The notes under the pieces are model-generated. The model was not told the origin of the DNA. It did no database searches and worked only from the letters and a program-made list of their open reading frames with translations. Both the position numbers and the translations under genes were made by a program. 62,516 nucleotides of DNA from a virus (Duplodnaviria; Caudoviricetes): positions 1 to 62,516 of IMG/VR virus record IMGVR_UViG_3300023199_000083; one strand, written 5' to 3'. Within the stretch, counting starts at the first letter, position 1. The number at the start of each line of letters is the position of its first letter. Positions 1 to 10,302 of the stretch are shown piece after piece.

Positions 1-127
1 ACAATCAACCTGTCCGAGTCCAATCTATTCACGCTCAATACAGGGTTGGCGACTGGAACGATAACAGTCACGTTCAACGCTCCGGATGGACCGGCACAGG
101 GTTCAATTGAGGTCGATCACACGGGAA
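1..127. repeat. Terminal overlap identical to 62390-62516 (circular assembly)
   Basis: Exact 127-nt match of both ends; an ORF reads in frame through the junction. Confidence 0.97.
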
Positions 128-285
128 AAAACCGCGATCTAACATTGGCGGCAGGCACCGGCATTACGGCGATTTTGTGGGTTGATGGTTCCGCGCCTGC
201 TGATTGGTCTACCGAGGGTCACTGGCTGATTCAGTATCGATTCAACGGAACGAATCTGATTTTAGTGGCGGGAGCGGTGGGATGA
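1..285 (+). CDS. Tail fibre-like protein, 3' part (continuation of 61223)
   Basis: In frame with ATG 61223 after circularisation; beta-rich C-terminal domain. Confidence 0.75.
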   Translation, partial: TINLSESNLFTLNTGLATGTITVTFNAPDGPAQGSIEVDHTGKNRDLTLAAGTGITAILWVDGSAPADWSTEGHWLIQYRFNGTNLILVAGAVG

Positions 286-307
286 TAAACAAGAAAGGAA
301 TAATGAC

Positions 308-766
308 ATGAGCACATTAAGACCAAAATTTTCACCACCTGCTGCGCTGACGATTACACTGGCATCGCAGGCATCGCGCACAACCGGAGTCGGGCAGCAA
401 GGTACGATCGTCGACAATACGACAGACCGGTCCGACCTGATTTATTTGATTGCCAAGTTTCGCACCGGCACTAGCCCGACTGCTGATCGGTCGATTTTCA
501 TTTATCTGATCAAAGGCGATGGGACCAGGCGAACGGACGGTGCGGGCGCGACTGATGCGGCGTTTACGCGCGAGAATGCGCGCCTGCTTCGAGTGATCCC
601 GACTGACAACACCAGCGACAAAGATTACGAAGTCGACCTGACGATCGCCAATCCGGGTCGCGAATTGACGGTTGCTGTTGTCCATGACACCGGCGTTGCT
701 TTCAACGCTACAGCGGCAGAGCAGCGAATCCACTGGTACGGTGAGCATATCGAGAGTGTGGCCTGA
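308..766 (+). CDS. Hypothetical virion-associated beta-sandwich protein
   Basis: AAGGA RBS, Thr/Ala-rich beta composition, fibre-gene context. Confidence 0.6.
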   Translation: MSTLRPKFSPPAALTITLASQASRTTGVGQQGTIVDNTTDRSDLIYLIAKFRTGTSPTADRSIFIYLIKGDGTRRTDGAGATDAAFTRENARLLRVIPTDNTSDKDYEVDLTIANPGRELTVAVVHDTGVAFNATAAEQRIHWYGEHIESVA

Positions 767-1194
767 TGCGACGCGGCATTGACATTACACTTCCGCCCGA
801 TCCGAGCGTCATGGTGCCAAACCCTGACGCGCCGCAGGGGATATGGGATGGCACGGTCGTCGAATGTACTGCACCTGCATCAGATGCGAACGGCTTTTCA
901 CTCCTTGATGTCGTCGAAATCACCGGAACGACGACGTCGACATCTGGCACCGAAGCACACGCGACCGCAAGCGACATCAATCAAGTGTCGTATTTCGACG
1001 GCGGCACGATCGCGACCGCGACCGCAACGGCAGACGAAAACGAATTCAATGCGGGCAAGTTCCAGATCAGCAGATCGACGACAAGTCAGCTTGCATGGAA
1101 TCGACTATTCGGCGGCGGCGCTCCAGCATCGCCGGCCGGACATCAGACGAACCTGAAATCCGAACTTGCTTTGGAAATGGTACAGGCGCCCTAA
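766..1194 (+). CDS. Hypothetical protein
   Basis: TGATG and TAATG coupling to both neighbours. Confidence 0.55.
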   Translation: MRRGIDITLPPDPSVMVPNPDAPQGIWDGTVVECTAPASDANGFSLLDVVEITGTTTSTSGTEAHATASDINQVSYFDGGTIATATATADENEFNAGKFQISRSTTSQLAWNRLFGGGAPASPAGHQTNLKSELALEMVQAP

Positions 1195-2612
1195 TGGCTG
1201 CACGCTACTGGATAGAGGGAACTTCTGGCAACTGGGACGACACGGCCAATTGGTCGACATCGTCCGGTGGCTCTGGCGGTGCGTCTGTACCGGGGGCCAG
1301 TGACGATGTCACGTTTGATGGGAACGGAGTAGGAGACTGTACCTGCGACGTTGCAATCAATATCAATTCGTTGACGGTTGAGGCGGCCTATACGGGGATC
1401 TTTGATTTGGCCGACAGCGGCTATTCCCATTCCATCACTAATGATGTTTTCGCAGCAAATACGACCGGAAAATTTGACTGGGGTGATGCAACAACAACGA
1501 TTGGCGGCAACCTTGATACCGAAGCAGCAGTTATCACCAAGACAGGTGGGAATTTAATTGTTCTGACAGGAACCGGTAAGACATTTTCAGCCGGTAATAG
1601 TAGTAGCGATGCTTACAACGTTCGTATCGAAGGATCGATTACATCAGTAGGGACACTGAATCGTATTCGAACGATTGACTTGACCATCGCATCAGGTGGC
1701 ACGCTGACATTGAATCAAGACATCATGCCGACCGACGGCACGCTGACAGTGGAAGGAACGCTTGACCTTGAAACTGAAAGTATTGCTCCCCTGAATGGAA
1801 CCTACATCGCATCAACGGGGGTCGTAACAGGTTCTAATGGCGCATTCGTTAGAAGGGATATCACTATAGAGTCGGGTGCGACTATAAACTGCGGCGCTCT
1901 TGAATTCAGACAGTTCGGAGGACGAGGGCAACTATGCGAAGCCACAGGGGGTACGGTCACTTTCAATGTTGCTACAGAGTTCAGAATCGATGACGACGAT
2001 ATCGAATTCAAAGGCGATTTCATTTTCGATTGTCAATGTGACTTTGAGCACGATGGAACTACAGCGGTTGATAATTCAACGTACAACCCGAACATGACGT
2101 TCAAGAATGATATACCTCTTGGCCCCACTGAATGGCGGAAAGGTACGGGACTAATTACCTTTTCGGGCACCGCAGATCAGTCAGTCAATTTCGCCGGGGA
2201 AGCCACTGAAGATTGGGACATCGACAAGACAGCTGGAACTGTAACACTGAGTGGCGATGTCGAAGTTGATTCGCTAACGCTCACGCAGGGCGGACTGGAC
2301 ATCAATTCCAACACGTTGACGATCACCGGGGCGCTATCAGCGCCGGGCACGAACGCGACAACAGTCGATGATAGCACGGGCGGCGGGTTGATCGACGCAC
2401 AAGGGGCGTTTGATGTCGACAACGTGACGTGGACCGATGCCGACGTAGATGCAGCTGATTCCCCTCCGATCGCTTCGAATAGCACGATTTCGAATTCAGA
2501 CGCATCGGGCGGCAACACGATCGACGCGACGGACAACTGCGTTGACAACGGCGGGAACGTGAACTGGGGCTTTATCGCCGCAGGTCGCAGACTATTTTTA
2601 CCTCCGATGTAA
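1194..2612 (+). CDS. Beta-solenoid/adhesin-like tail spike protein
   Basis: Start MAARYWIEGTSGNWDDTANWS...VPGASDDVTFD; G/T/D/N-rich beta-helix repeats. Confidence 0.65.
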   Translation: MAARYWIEGTSGNWDDTANWSTSSGGSGGASVPGASDDVTFDGNGVGDCTCDVAININSLTVEAAYTGIFDLADSGYSHSITNDVFAANTTGKFDWGDATTTIGGNLDTEAAVITKTGGNLIVLTGTGKTFSAGNSSSDAYNVRIEGSITSVGTLNRIRTIDLTIASGGTLTLNQDIMPTDGTLTVEGTLDLETESIAPLNGTYIASTGVVTGSNGAFVRRDITIESGATINCGALEFRQFGGRGQLCEATGGTVTFNVATEFRIDDDDIEFKGDFIFDCQCDFEHDGTTAVDNSTYNPNMTFKNDIPLGPTEWRKGTGLITFSGTADQSVNFAGEATEDWDIDKTAGTVTLSGDVEVDSLTLTQGGLDINSNTLTITGALSAPGTNATTVDDSTGGGLIDAQGAFDVDNVTWTDADVDAADSPPIASNSTISNSDASGGNTIDATDNCVDNGGNVNWGFIAAGRRLFLPPM

Positions 2613-2952
2613 GAATGGCTCAATCATCCAGGGAAAGGACGGAGCAACTTGGGGGCGTGACATTTACGCTAGGAGAGGAAATGGGCTGACAGTTAACCAA
2701 ATTACCGCCGTGGTTCATGGGGCAAATGGATCGAATATTGGCTATGTATCTGGCACGGGGGCTGAAATTACTGACAATCATTTTACCAGTAACATTACAG
2801 CGATTACCTCGCGAGATCAAAAACACGGCTCAATGATCGGTAATAGTGTGATTGGCGTGATTTCTGGTAATACGTTGTTGAACGGGCCTGTCATGGGTAT
2901 CGGTGTGTCACACCAGAGCGCGCGTCACATACATGGCAATGCGATCGTTTGA
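2590..2952 (+). pseudogene. Probable beta-helix gene fragment
   Basis: Frame reads DYFYLRCKNGSIIQG...EITDNHF...VISGNTL...IHGNAIV with no convincing start; low GC. Confidence 0.4.
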
Positions 2953-3110
2953 AGAACCGCTATACAAACGGCTTTGGCATTGATGCCAGCGGTGGCGAGG
3001 CGGCGAGATCACACACGTGGACCCGGAGCGCTTGCCGTTTGCGTGGTGTTGTTTCGAGGGGTGACCGAGTCGCGACGGAAGTTGAGTATTTGGCGGCGAG
3101 TGAGTCTTGA

Positions 3111-3140
3111 TTGGCACCTCCCCGTATTCTATGGTACAAT
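3111..3140 (+). promoter_or_regulatory. Sigma70-type promoter (extended -10)
   Basis: TTGGCA-18-TACAAT with TG extension, upstream of AAGGAG RBS and ATG 3181. Confidence 0.5.
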
Positions 3141-3180
3141 TCCACAAGTCATTTCAGCCACTTCACACAAAGGAGCATTT

Positions 3181-4176
3181 ATGGCGACGCAAGCACCAGC
3201 ACAGAGTCCCACGGCCGAGACGCAGCGGAAGGCGGCGAGCCCTTGGAACCCGGTCGACACCCAGCACTACGCGCTGATGGGCCGAGCGCGTGAGTTTATC
3301 GCGATCTACCACACGTGGGCCAACTCCGATGACGAGTCGAGCGTGCCCCCGGCCCGGTTCTGGGAGCGGCTGGAATCGTTTCTGGCCGTCTACGATGCTG
3401 GACCGTGCCCGCCTCTGTTCGTCGGCGCTATCGAGACGGCAATCGCTCGTCTCCGGCTCCGGCTACAGGAATTCGACCAGTCGGAAGTCGTTATCCCCGG
3501 CGCTCAGTTTCACGACGCAATGATGGGGCTGGAACGAGAGTTGGACAAGTTCGAGCGGCGGTTGCAGTCGCCTGTCTGGGTCGAACCGATCCAGCAAGTG
3601 CTCAACAGCGATTCCTGCCCGTCAGATACTCAGATAGCGAAAATGTATTCGCTGATCGACCCGAACACTGGGCATCCCCAGGTGCATTTGGTGCAGCAAG
3701 AGCGAGCACAGCCGGGTTCGATCATCGCCGCGGACTGGCTTCATCCTCGCGAGCGAGCGCGACGCGAGCAGTTCCAGGCGTGGGAAGATGGCCGGCAGCT
3801 GTTCGAGAAGGCGGACCCGGAGCAGAACATCGTCAAGTCGCAGCGCGCCCCCGCTCCCGAATCGTGGGCGGAACTGTACTGGACCGGTGTCGACCTTCCA
3901 CAAGCAGCCAAGATGAAGCAAGTCACACTCGAGGAAGCCGAGCAGAAGTACAAAGAAGTCGCGGCCAAGCCTCGGGAAGAGTCTGGCGTGGACTACGAAC
4001 AACCGGCGGTGTCGCTCCCGTCCCACAACCAGTACCGGAAGTATTCGACTGGACAGCTTCGACTCGCCTGTCAGCAGCGGGGGATTATGGCCCAGCCGTC
4101 GGACAAGGACGCGCTGATGGTCGAGAAACTGCGCCAATTCGATAAGCACCAAAAAGACAAGAAAGCGAGCGAATAG
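3181..4176 (+). CDS. Hypothetical protein with C-terminal HeH/SAP-like motif
   Basis: AAGGAG RBS; C-terminal YRKYSTGQLRLACQQRGI...LMVEKLRQFD. Confidence 0.65.
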   Translation: MATQAPAQSPTAETQRKAASPWNPVDTQHYALMGRAREFIAIYHTWANSDDESSVPPARFWERLESFLAVYDAGPCPPLFVGAIETAIARLRLRLQEFDQSEVVIPGAQFHDAMMGLERELDKFERRLQSPVWVEPIQQVLNSDSCPSDTQIAKMYSLIDPNTGHPQVHLVQQERAQPGSIIAADWLHPRERARREQFQAWEDGRQLFEKADPEQNIVKSQRAPAPESWAELYWTGVDLPQAAKMKQVTLEEAEQKYKEVAAKPREESGVDYEQPAVSLPSHNQYRKYSTGQLRLACQQRGIMAQPSDKDALMVEKLRQFDKHQKDKKASE

Positions 4177-4179
4177 CCC

Positions 4180-4482
4180 ATGAATATGCCACAATACACG
4201 CTCGACAGCACGGAGCGGCGGCCCGGCTCGCACGTGACAATCAGCAACGGCAAGTCGGAACGGGTCGGAACTTTGCTCGGGGCCATCGACGATGACCGGT
4301 TCCTGGTCAAAGCGTACAATCAGTACTACATTGCTTACAACCCCAACTCCGACCAGTTGTGGCAGTCGAACTTAAAAGAAGAAAATGTCGACGCAGAAAC
4401 AGCCAAGCAACTCGAACAGCAAGCAGCAGCCAGCGCTGCCGGCGAAGACGCGCCCATCCCACAAGGCTATCGCCCCTTTTAG
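4180..4482 (+). CDS. Hypothetical protein
   Basis: Tight operon spacing. Confidence 0.55.
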   Translation: MNMPQYTLDSTERRPGSHVTISNGKSERVGTLLGAIDDDRFLVKAYNQYYIAYNPNSDQLWQSNLKEENVDAETAKQLEQQAAASAAGEDAPIPQGYRPF

Positions 4483-4978
4483 GAAGAACAAGAAGAAGCA
4501 GAAGCGGTTCCTCGGCGTGTTGTCGGAGGTCGGCAGTATCCGGGAGGCGGCGAAGCAGGCCGGGGTGAGCATCCAGACCATTTACCGATATCGCGCATCG
4601 GACCCGGTGTTTGCCATGGAGCTGGAGCAGGCTCGACAGCAGGGCATTGACCGCGCGCTAGACGTGGCGATCGAGTGGGGCACGTCCGGGCTTCCGCGCG
4701 AGGTCGTGGGCAAGGACGGCGAGACGTACACAATCAACGACCGATCCGAGCAGATGCTGAAGGCGGTCTTGGCTCTGCATCCGGACATACAGCGAGCACG
4801 CAAGGCGGAGGCACAGGCCCGCGCCACGCTCCAGAATGTGGACGTGCATTTGCGGCTGGGGCAGGGCACGAGCGAGTCCATGTACTCGGGGCTGCTTCAG
4901 CATATCGACCAGCATGTGGCTCGGTTGCCGGAACAGAAACAACATCCCGAACGGGGTGAAGAGGCGGACGATTCTTAA
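4385..4978 (+). CDS. terS: Terminase small subunit
   Basis: HTH KRFLGVLSEVGSIREAAKQAGVSIQTIYRYRASDPVF followed by a helix; directly upstream of terL. Confidence 0.75.
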   Translation: MSTQKQPSNSNSKQQPALPAKTRPSHKAIAPFRKNKKKQKRFLGVLSEVGSIREAAKQAGVSIQTIYRYRASDPVFAMELEQARQQGIDRALDVAIEWGTSGLPREVVGKDGETYTINDRSEQMLKAVLALHPDIQRARKAEAQARATLQNVDVHLRLGQGTSESMYSGLLQHIDQHVARLPEQKQHPERGEEADDS

Positions 4979-5113
4979 CCAACACGAAAGGGCACGTTGT
5001 CTATCGCGACCAGGAGCGGTGGGCCGGCAAGTAGTGGACCCTGAACTACATCCCGAAAGAACTCTTGGGCTTGATCCGCCAGCTTCCAGACGACCCGAAC
5101 GAGGCTAAGTTAC

Positions 5114-7123
5114 TTGATCCAATCCGCGCCTAGTGACGATCTCAAATTGTGGCTCCAACAGGTGGCACAGACCAGCGACTGGCGCGGACGCCGGTCTTGC
5201 CGCCGAGCTATGTACCGGCGCCCGGACCTGCTCGAAGAACTGAAGCAGCTCGACAACCAAGAGCTGAACTATCTGGTCTACCGGCTCTATCACCACCCAT
5301 TCGACTCGTTCGAGCCACGGTCAGACGATCCGATCAACGGAGACGAACAGGAGTCGTTCTTCGATTCGAATAAGTTCATCACCGTTGCACTTGGCGGGAA
5401 CGGGTGCTTGGGGGCGGAGCAGGAGATATACGATCCCTCGACCAACACCAGTACGCCAATAGGCGAGATTGCCAAGCCGTTCCATGTAACAAGCTACAGC
5501 GGACGCGAGTTCAGGACTTCTCCGGCGTTGGCTCCGTGGGTGAAAGGTGTAGACCGACTGTACCGCGTTCATCTAAGCAACGGTTTTTCATTTGTTTCAA
5601 CGCTTGGGCACCGTGTACTGGGCTCGGACGGTGAATATTACACTGTCGAAACAGCTCACCGGCGCAAGATCGACCTGCAATACACGCCTTTGTCCCAGAT
5701 GCTTTGCACTGTCGACCGGCTTGAATACCTGCGTACAGACGAGTTCTACGATTTTCACGTACCCGGCGACAATAACTACGCACTGGCCGGGGCCGTTCAC
5801 CACAACAGCGGCAAAACTTACGTCGCGGCCCAGAAGGTGGTCGAGTTCCTGAGAACGACTCCGCCCCCTAAGCCGGACACTCCGTTCTGGGTCATCGGCG
5901 ACACTTACGACGAATCTTGTGGATCGTGCTGGCACCAGAAACTGCGCGAGATCATACCCCACGAATGGCTCGAACCGGACCGCATCACGTGGCTCAACCA
6001 GAAACGACATTGGCCCTACTCCGTACCGCTGATGCCCCAGGAGCCGAACTCGCCCAACAATTGGGTCCTGGAGTTCAAGAGCTACGAACAGGGCCGCCAT
6101 CGGATGCAGTCGATCGCTATTGGCGGGGCCTGGTTCACGGAACAGTTTCCGTGGGACCTGTTCGAGGAAGTCTTGCGCGGGTGCCGTGAATGGTCCTTCC
6201 CCGGCAGCGTGATCCTTGAGCAAACGCCGGTCGACCCCGAAAAGTCCGTCCGGCTCCAAGAGGTTTACCAAGCCTGGTGCGCTGGCGACGATCGGTACAA
6301 ATCGTGGGCGTTTCACCATTTCAACACGCAGTCGGCACTGGACACCGGGCACGTAACCGACGAATGGTTCCAATCGTTCTACGGAGCCGTTTCGGACGAA
6401 ATGCGCGAGACTCGGCTACGAGGCATATTCGCCACGTATGAAGGCGTCATTTACCAAGCGTTTCGGCCAGCCCTGCACCTGGTCGATCACCTGGAGATTC
6501 CCCCGTATTGCTTCCAGTTCCGCACGATCGACTGGGGCAGCAGCGAAGAGCACCCGTTTCGATGCCTGTGGGCCGCTCGCGACTCGCTCGGGGACTGGTA
6601 CGTTTACGATGAGTACCATTCGAGCGATCAGCGCTTGCTTTGGGCCGACCACATCCGCGCCATCAAGGACCGCCACGACTGGGACCAGAACTCGCCCTAC
6701 TACCTGAACACCTACGCCGACCCGTCACGCCCGGACCTGATCCGCGAATTCAGCAACGGCGGGATACCGATCACGGCGGCCAACAACGCGGTTTATGACG
6801 GCATCGAATCGGTGCGGCGTGCATTGGCGATTCGGCCTGCCACCGGCGCACCGGGCCTGGTCATCGATCGCGTGCGGTGCCCGTACTTGGCGCGGGAAAT
6901 TCAAACGTACCGCTGGATGCACTCGACCGGAAAAGGAGTCAATCCCGTCGACGCGCGTCCGATCCCGCTCAAGAGGAACGATCACAGTGCGGACGCGCTT
7001 CGGTACCTGATCCATTCGGCGACTGCGGGGCTTGGCGCGAAGGTGCATACGATGCTGGTCCGCCGAGCCGGGAACTCAGTTCGATACCAGCGCGACGACG
7101 ATTTACGACACGGACGACGATAA
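5114..7123 (+). CDS. terL: Terminase large subunit with intein (start uncertain)
   Basis: Walker A GGNG/SGKT split by the intein; nuclease motifs IDWG, VYDEY, YADPS, NDHSADALRY. Confidence 0.93.
   Translation: MIQSAPSDDLKLWLQQVAQTSDWRGRRSCRRAMYRRPDLLEELKQLDNQELNYLVYRLYHHPFDSFEPRSDDPINGDEQESFFDSNKFITVALGGNGCLGAEQEIYDPSTNTSTPIGEIAKPFHVTSYSGREFRTSPALAPWVKGVDRLYRVHLSNGFSFVSTLGHRVLGSDGEYYTVETAHRRKIDLQYTPLSQMLCTVDRLEYLRTDEFYDFHVPGDNNYALAGAVHHNSGKTYVAAQKVVEFLRTTPPPKPDTPFWVIGDTYDESCGSCWHQKLREIIPHEWLEPDRITWLNQKRHWPYSVPLMPQEPNSPNNWVLEFKSYEQGRHRMQSIAIGGAWFTEQFPWDLFEEVLRGCREWSFPGSVILEQTPVDPEKSVRLQEVYQAWCAGDDRYKSWAFHHFNTQSALDTGHVTDEWFQSFYGAVSDEMRETRLRGIFATYEGVIYQAFRPALHLVDHLEIPPYCFQFRTIDWGSSEEHPFRCLWAARDSLGDWYVYDEYHSSDQRLLWADHIRAIKDRHDWDQNSPYYLNTYADPSRPDLIREFSNGGIPITAANNAVYDGIESVRRALAIRPATGAPGLVIDRVRCPYLAREIQTYRWMHSTGKGVNPVDARPIPLKRNDHSADALRYLIHSATAGLGAKVHTMLVRRAGNSVRYQRDDDLRHGRR
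5405..5806 (+). mobile_element. Mini-intein (134 aa) in the terL Walker A
   Basis: CLGAEQEI...TLGHRV...FYDFHVPGDNNY...HHN/S; no endonuclease. Confidence 0.93.
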
Positions 7124-7377
7124 TGGCCGAGCATTGCCTGACATGCCTGCACATGATCGAGCGCGGACCCAATACCATCCCGCTCTGCAACCAGTGCTGG
7201 GTCGAGTTCAACAAGCTACCGCTCTCCAAGCGGATTCGGATCGGGGCACAGCTCAGCGACACGATGGCGAAGCAGGACGCGGCGCGTGTGGCAAGCGAGT
7301 TCATTGCCGAGATCAAGCAGATGTCGGAACTGGCGCGGGCCAGTCGCGACATGCGAGGCTGGTTCGGGCAGAATTAG
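7123..7377 (+). CDS. Small CxxC...CxxC zinc-binding protein
   Basis: TAATG coupling to terL; CLTC and CNQC. Confidence 0.65.
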   Translation: MAEHCLTCLHMIERGPNTIPLCNQCWVEFNKLPLSKRIRIGAQLSDTMAKQDAARVASEFIAEIKQMSELARASRDMRGWFGQN

Positions 7378-8084
7378 CGATCTAAAGAAAGTTTAACCCA
7401 GTCCCGATCCCATCTCGCTTCCAGTTTGTCCACATGCCGCGCAGGCTTGGACGCCAGATTGTCGAACGACTGCCCCCGTGCCGACAAGTGCCACGCATTC
7501 GGCCGATACTGCCACCGATAAATGTAGCTCGGCGGCGCGCCGTCTTGCAACGGGTCGCCTTTCCGCATCTTGGCCTGCTCGAACCGCTTTCGCAACCCCT
7601 GGTCCTGCCCGGACTGAATCCATGGATAGCCGTTGACTGCCGCAAATGCCGACCGAGTGAACGCCCACGACCCGTGAAACAGAGCCGAATTGCTCTTGGC
7701 GAACATCGGACGCGATCGCTTTTGGAACAGGATGCGGCTCGGTATCGCGTAATCGTGCCCGGCCCGGATCGACTCTACGCACTCCGACACGTGATGCGGC
7801 AAGTAAATATCGTCATCGTCCCACACGCAATACACGTCCGCGTCCGGGGCGGCCAGTGCTGCCGTGGCGTTACGCTTCTCTCCTACGGTACGGAACCGGC
7901 GATGGCTAACAACCAGCCGCACGCCGCGATTATGGTAATGTTCCAGCGCATCGGGTCCGTACTGGCCCGCATCGTCCAGCACAATCAGCTCCCGCTTCGG
8001 ATAGTCCTGGCGCAAGTAGGACTCGATCGCCTCAGCCAAGAACTCCGGTCGTTTGTAGGTACAGCAGATGCAAGCTACCTTCAT
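7374..8084 (-). CDS. Glycosyltransferase family 2
   Basis: CTYKRPEFL...LIVLDD...GEKRN...WDDDD. Confidence 0.9.
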   Translation of the reverse strand: MKVACICCTYKRPEFLAEAIESYLRQDYPKRELIVLDDAGQYGPDALEHYHNRGVRLVVSHRRFRTVGEKRNATAALAAPDADVYCVWDDDDIYLPHHVSECVESIRAGHDYAIPSRILFQKRSRPMFAKSNSALFHGSWAFTRSAFAAVNGYPWIQSGQDQGLRKRFEQAKMRKGDPLQDGAPPSYIYRWQYRPNAWHLSARGQSFDNLASKPARHVDKLEARWDRDWVKLSLDR

Positions 8085-8968
8085 TACCAACCGCTCCATT
8101 TCCCATATTGGTAGTCAGATCGGCATGGCAATAAGTGCGGGTCTTGCTCTCGATAATGGACATGGAACCGACTATGCACGCAGTTCCGGCACGATTGCGG
8201 AATCGGCACGTCACCCAACGTCCGAATCGGGTTCGTGGGATTGCCAAACACAATCTTGTTAGCCGGGACAGAAACGTCTTCGATTCCATCCAGAATCCCG
8301 TTTAAGTCCTTAATCCCGCCCGCCATCGCCTGCCGTATCTTGTCTCGCCACACCAGCCGCTCATCGGACTTGACGCCCTTCGCGTGCATGAACACGACTT
8401 CCGGCCAGCGCACGGATCGAACAGGCGTCTCCGGGCGGGTGAACGTGCCGTACACGCGCCAATTCAGGTTCGGTGCCTTCTCCAGGTCCACGTAGATGTG
8501 GCACGGGTCATGGTGCGGGCCGTCGATCCCGCGTCCGGTGCCGTGCTCGAAATCGCCCCACGCCTCGATCAGCCCCAGCCGAATCACCGGGTCCGGCGAC
8601 TCGATCATCGTCTCCAGATCTTGGACGCGGCTCTCGTACAGGATATCGTCCGCGTCGATGAACAGACAATGCCTCGCGTCGACCTGCCGAGCCCGACGCA
8701 GAAGGAAGTTCCGCGACTCGCACCATCCCGCGTCGACTCGCTCCGGCGCGTCACCGGAACACACGTCGAATCCACGGATGACCTCGACCTTGTGCCGAAC
8801 ATCTTGCCGGACCTGGTTTAGGAACCATTCCAGCTCGCTCAGCCGGTCCACGGAATTGTCGTCGAACACGATCGCGCACTGGACGTGGTCCAAAATGCTG
8901 TCCAAGCACACGGACAGGCTGTACGCATCATTTTTGCACGGAATCAGTGCTGTCAGTGGTAGAGTCAT
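8084..8968 (-). CDS. Glycosyltransferase family 2
   Basis: IPCKND...VFDDNSVD...SRN...FIDADD. Confidence 0.85.
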   Translation of the reverse strand: MTLPLTALIPCKNDAYSLSVCLDSILDHVQCAIVFDDNSVDRLSELEWFLNQVRQDVRHKVEVIRGFDVCSGDAPERVDAGWCESRNFLLRRARQVDARHCLFIDADDILYESRVQDLETMIESPDPVIRLGLIEAWGDFEHGTGRGIDGPHHDPCHIYVDLEKAPNLNWRVYGTFTRPETPVRSVRWPEVVFMHAKGVKSDERLVWRDKIRQAMAGGIKDLNGILDGIEDVSVPANKIVFGNPTNPIRTLGDVPIPQSCRNCVHSRFHVHYREQDPHLLPCRSDYQYGKWSGW

Positions 8969-9695
8969 CTATTGTGTCGCCGCCAAACAATGGAGTCGTT
9001 CGCCCGTTCCAATTCGCCGCCTTCTCCATCCCGGGCGTCTCCAGATGAAAAACGCGGTAGTTTCTGAATACGTGCCGATGCTTCTTCGGCCATAGTCCGG
9101 CGAACCACATGTCCGACTTGCTCGCGGCATTGTATTCCGGATACGGCCTCGGGTGCATCGGGTAATGCCACAAGTGGAAATAGCCCGGCGGCAGCTTCGT
9201 GTAGATTTTGCAGGGCGGGAACTGCCCGTATTCTTCCCCGGCCTGTAGCCCCTCGTGCTCGATCAAGCCATAGAGCCGGTTCAGTTCGTCCATTCCGACC
9301 ACGGCATGGCGCCGAGCATGATACAGCCACCGCCTGCGGGGCAGCTCGGGAATCGGACTGGTCAACAAGATGTCCGCGTCCAGGTGCAGAACCCAGCCCG
9401 TCTTGTCGAGTGCATCAAGCCCGATGTTTATTCCCGCGCCTTTGTTGAACTTGCACGGCTTCCCGTTGAAGCGATAAAACTCGTCCGTCTGCCGCACTGT
9501 CACCTTCTGCGTATATCGTCCGGCCAACTCTACCGTGTCCAGATCGTCCTGGTCCGTTACGACAGCCACCCGATCCACGTACTGGATCAAAGCAGGCAAC
9601 GTGTGCTGCAAGTAGTCCGCGTAGTTGACGCACACAACCACCGCTTCGATTTCCTCGAACTCGATCACCGACTTGTTTCTATCCACCGCCGACAT
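8928..9695 (-). CDS. GT-A fold glycosyltransferase
   Basis: VCVNYADYL, FNKGAGIN, LHLDADI, GYFHLW. Confidence 0.8.
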   Translation of the reverse strand: MSAVDRNKSVIEFEEIEAVVVCVNYADYLQHTLPALIQYVDRVAVVTDQDDLDTVELAGRYTQKVTVRQTDEFYRFNGKPCKFNKGAGINIGLDALDKTGWVLHLDADILLTSPIPELPRRRWLYHARRHAVVGMDELNRLYGLIEHEGLQAGEEYGQFPPCKIYTKLPPGYFHLWHYPMHPRPYPEYNAASKSDMWFAGLWPKKHRHVFRNYRVFHLETPGMEKAANWNGRTTPLFGGDTIDDSTTDSTDSVQK

Positions 9696-10302
9696 TCCTC
9701 ATAATGAAGCTCGGGAATATATCCTTTTCCGGGCTGGATGCGACCTCGACCAGCCTCCAATCGCTCTCTCGCTCGAACTGCGCCACCGCCTCGATCACGC
9801 CGTAATTGCGCTTTTTCGCCCAGCGGCTGCGGTCTTGTGACACGTAATCGTGACCGGCAATGACCCCGTCCGGCTTGACGATCACGTTCGCGGCACGCAA
9901 GTCTTCCAGGGCAGCGTCGTACCGGTGGTCGCCGTCAATGTAAATCCAGTCCAGGCTCGGCACCATCATTCCGGTCGAGGGGCGCATAGTACAGAATGCC
10001 TCGAATACGTCGTCCAAGACGCTCCTGATGATAAGCACTTGCCCGGCTCGTATCTCTTCCTGGAATCGATCGGCCACTCGACGATAAGATTTGTAATGCT
10101 CTTCTTGGCTCACATCCGGCCACGCATCCCATTCCTTCCAAGGGTCGACCAGGGCCATCGTTTGCGGCTGTGTCGCCTCCATCAGCAACGCCGCGTTGTC
10201 TCCGTTCTGGACACCGACTTCAACACCAATCCCGCCCTTGGGAAGCGTTTCCTGATACAGCTCCAGCCTCGTCTTGCGCGTCTTCTTTACAGTTCCACCC
10301 AC
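9679..10302 (-). CDS. Class I SAM methyltransferase (Methyltransf_24-like)
   Basis: GVEVGVQNG, VDPW, LDWIYIDGDHRY, GVIAGHDY; GTG start with AAGGAG. Confidence 0.88.
   Translation of the reverse strand: MGGTVKKTRKTRLELYQETLPKGGIGVEVGVQNGDNAALLMEATQPQTMALVDPWKEWDAWPDVSQEEHYKSYRRVADRFQEEIRAGQVLIIRSVLDDVFEAFCTMRPSTGMMVPSLDWIYIDGDHRYDAALEDLRAANVIVKPDGVIAGHDYVSQDRSRWAKKRNYGVIEAVAQFERESDWRLVEVASSPEKDIFPSFIMRNVGGG

Noticed and set aside
1-127. Biological direct terminal repeat
   Set aside because: The length equals a common assembler k-mer and the repeat falls mid-gene; it indicates circularity only
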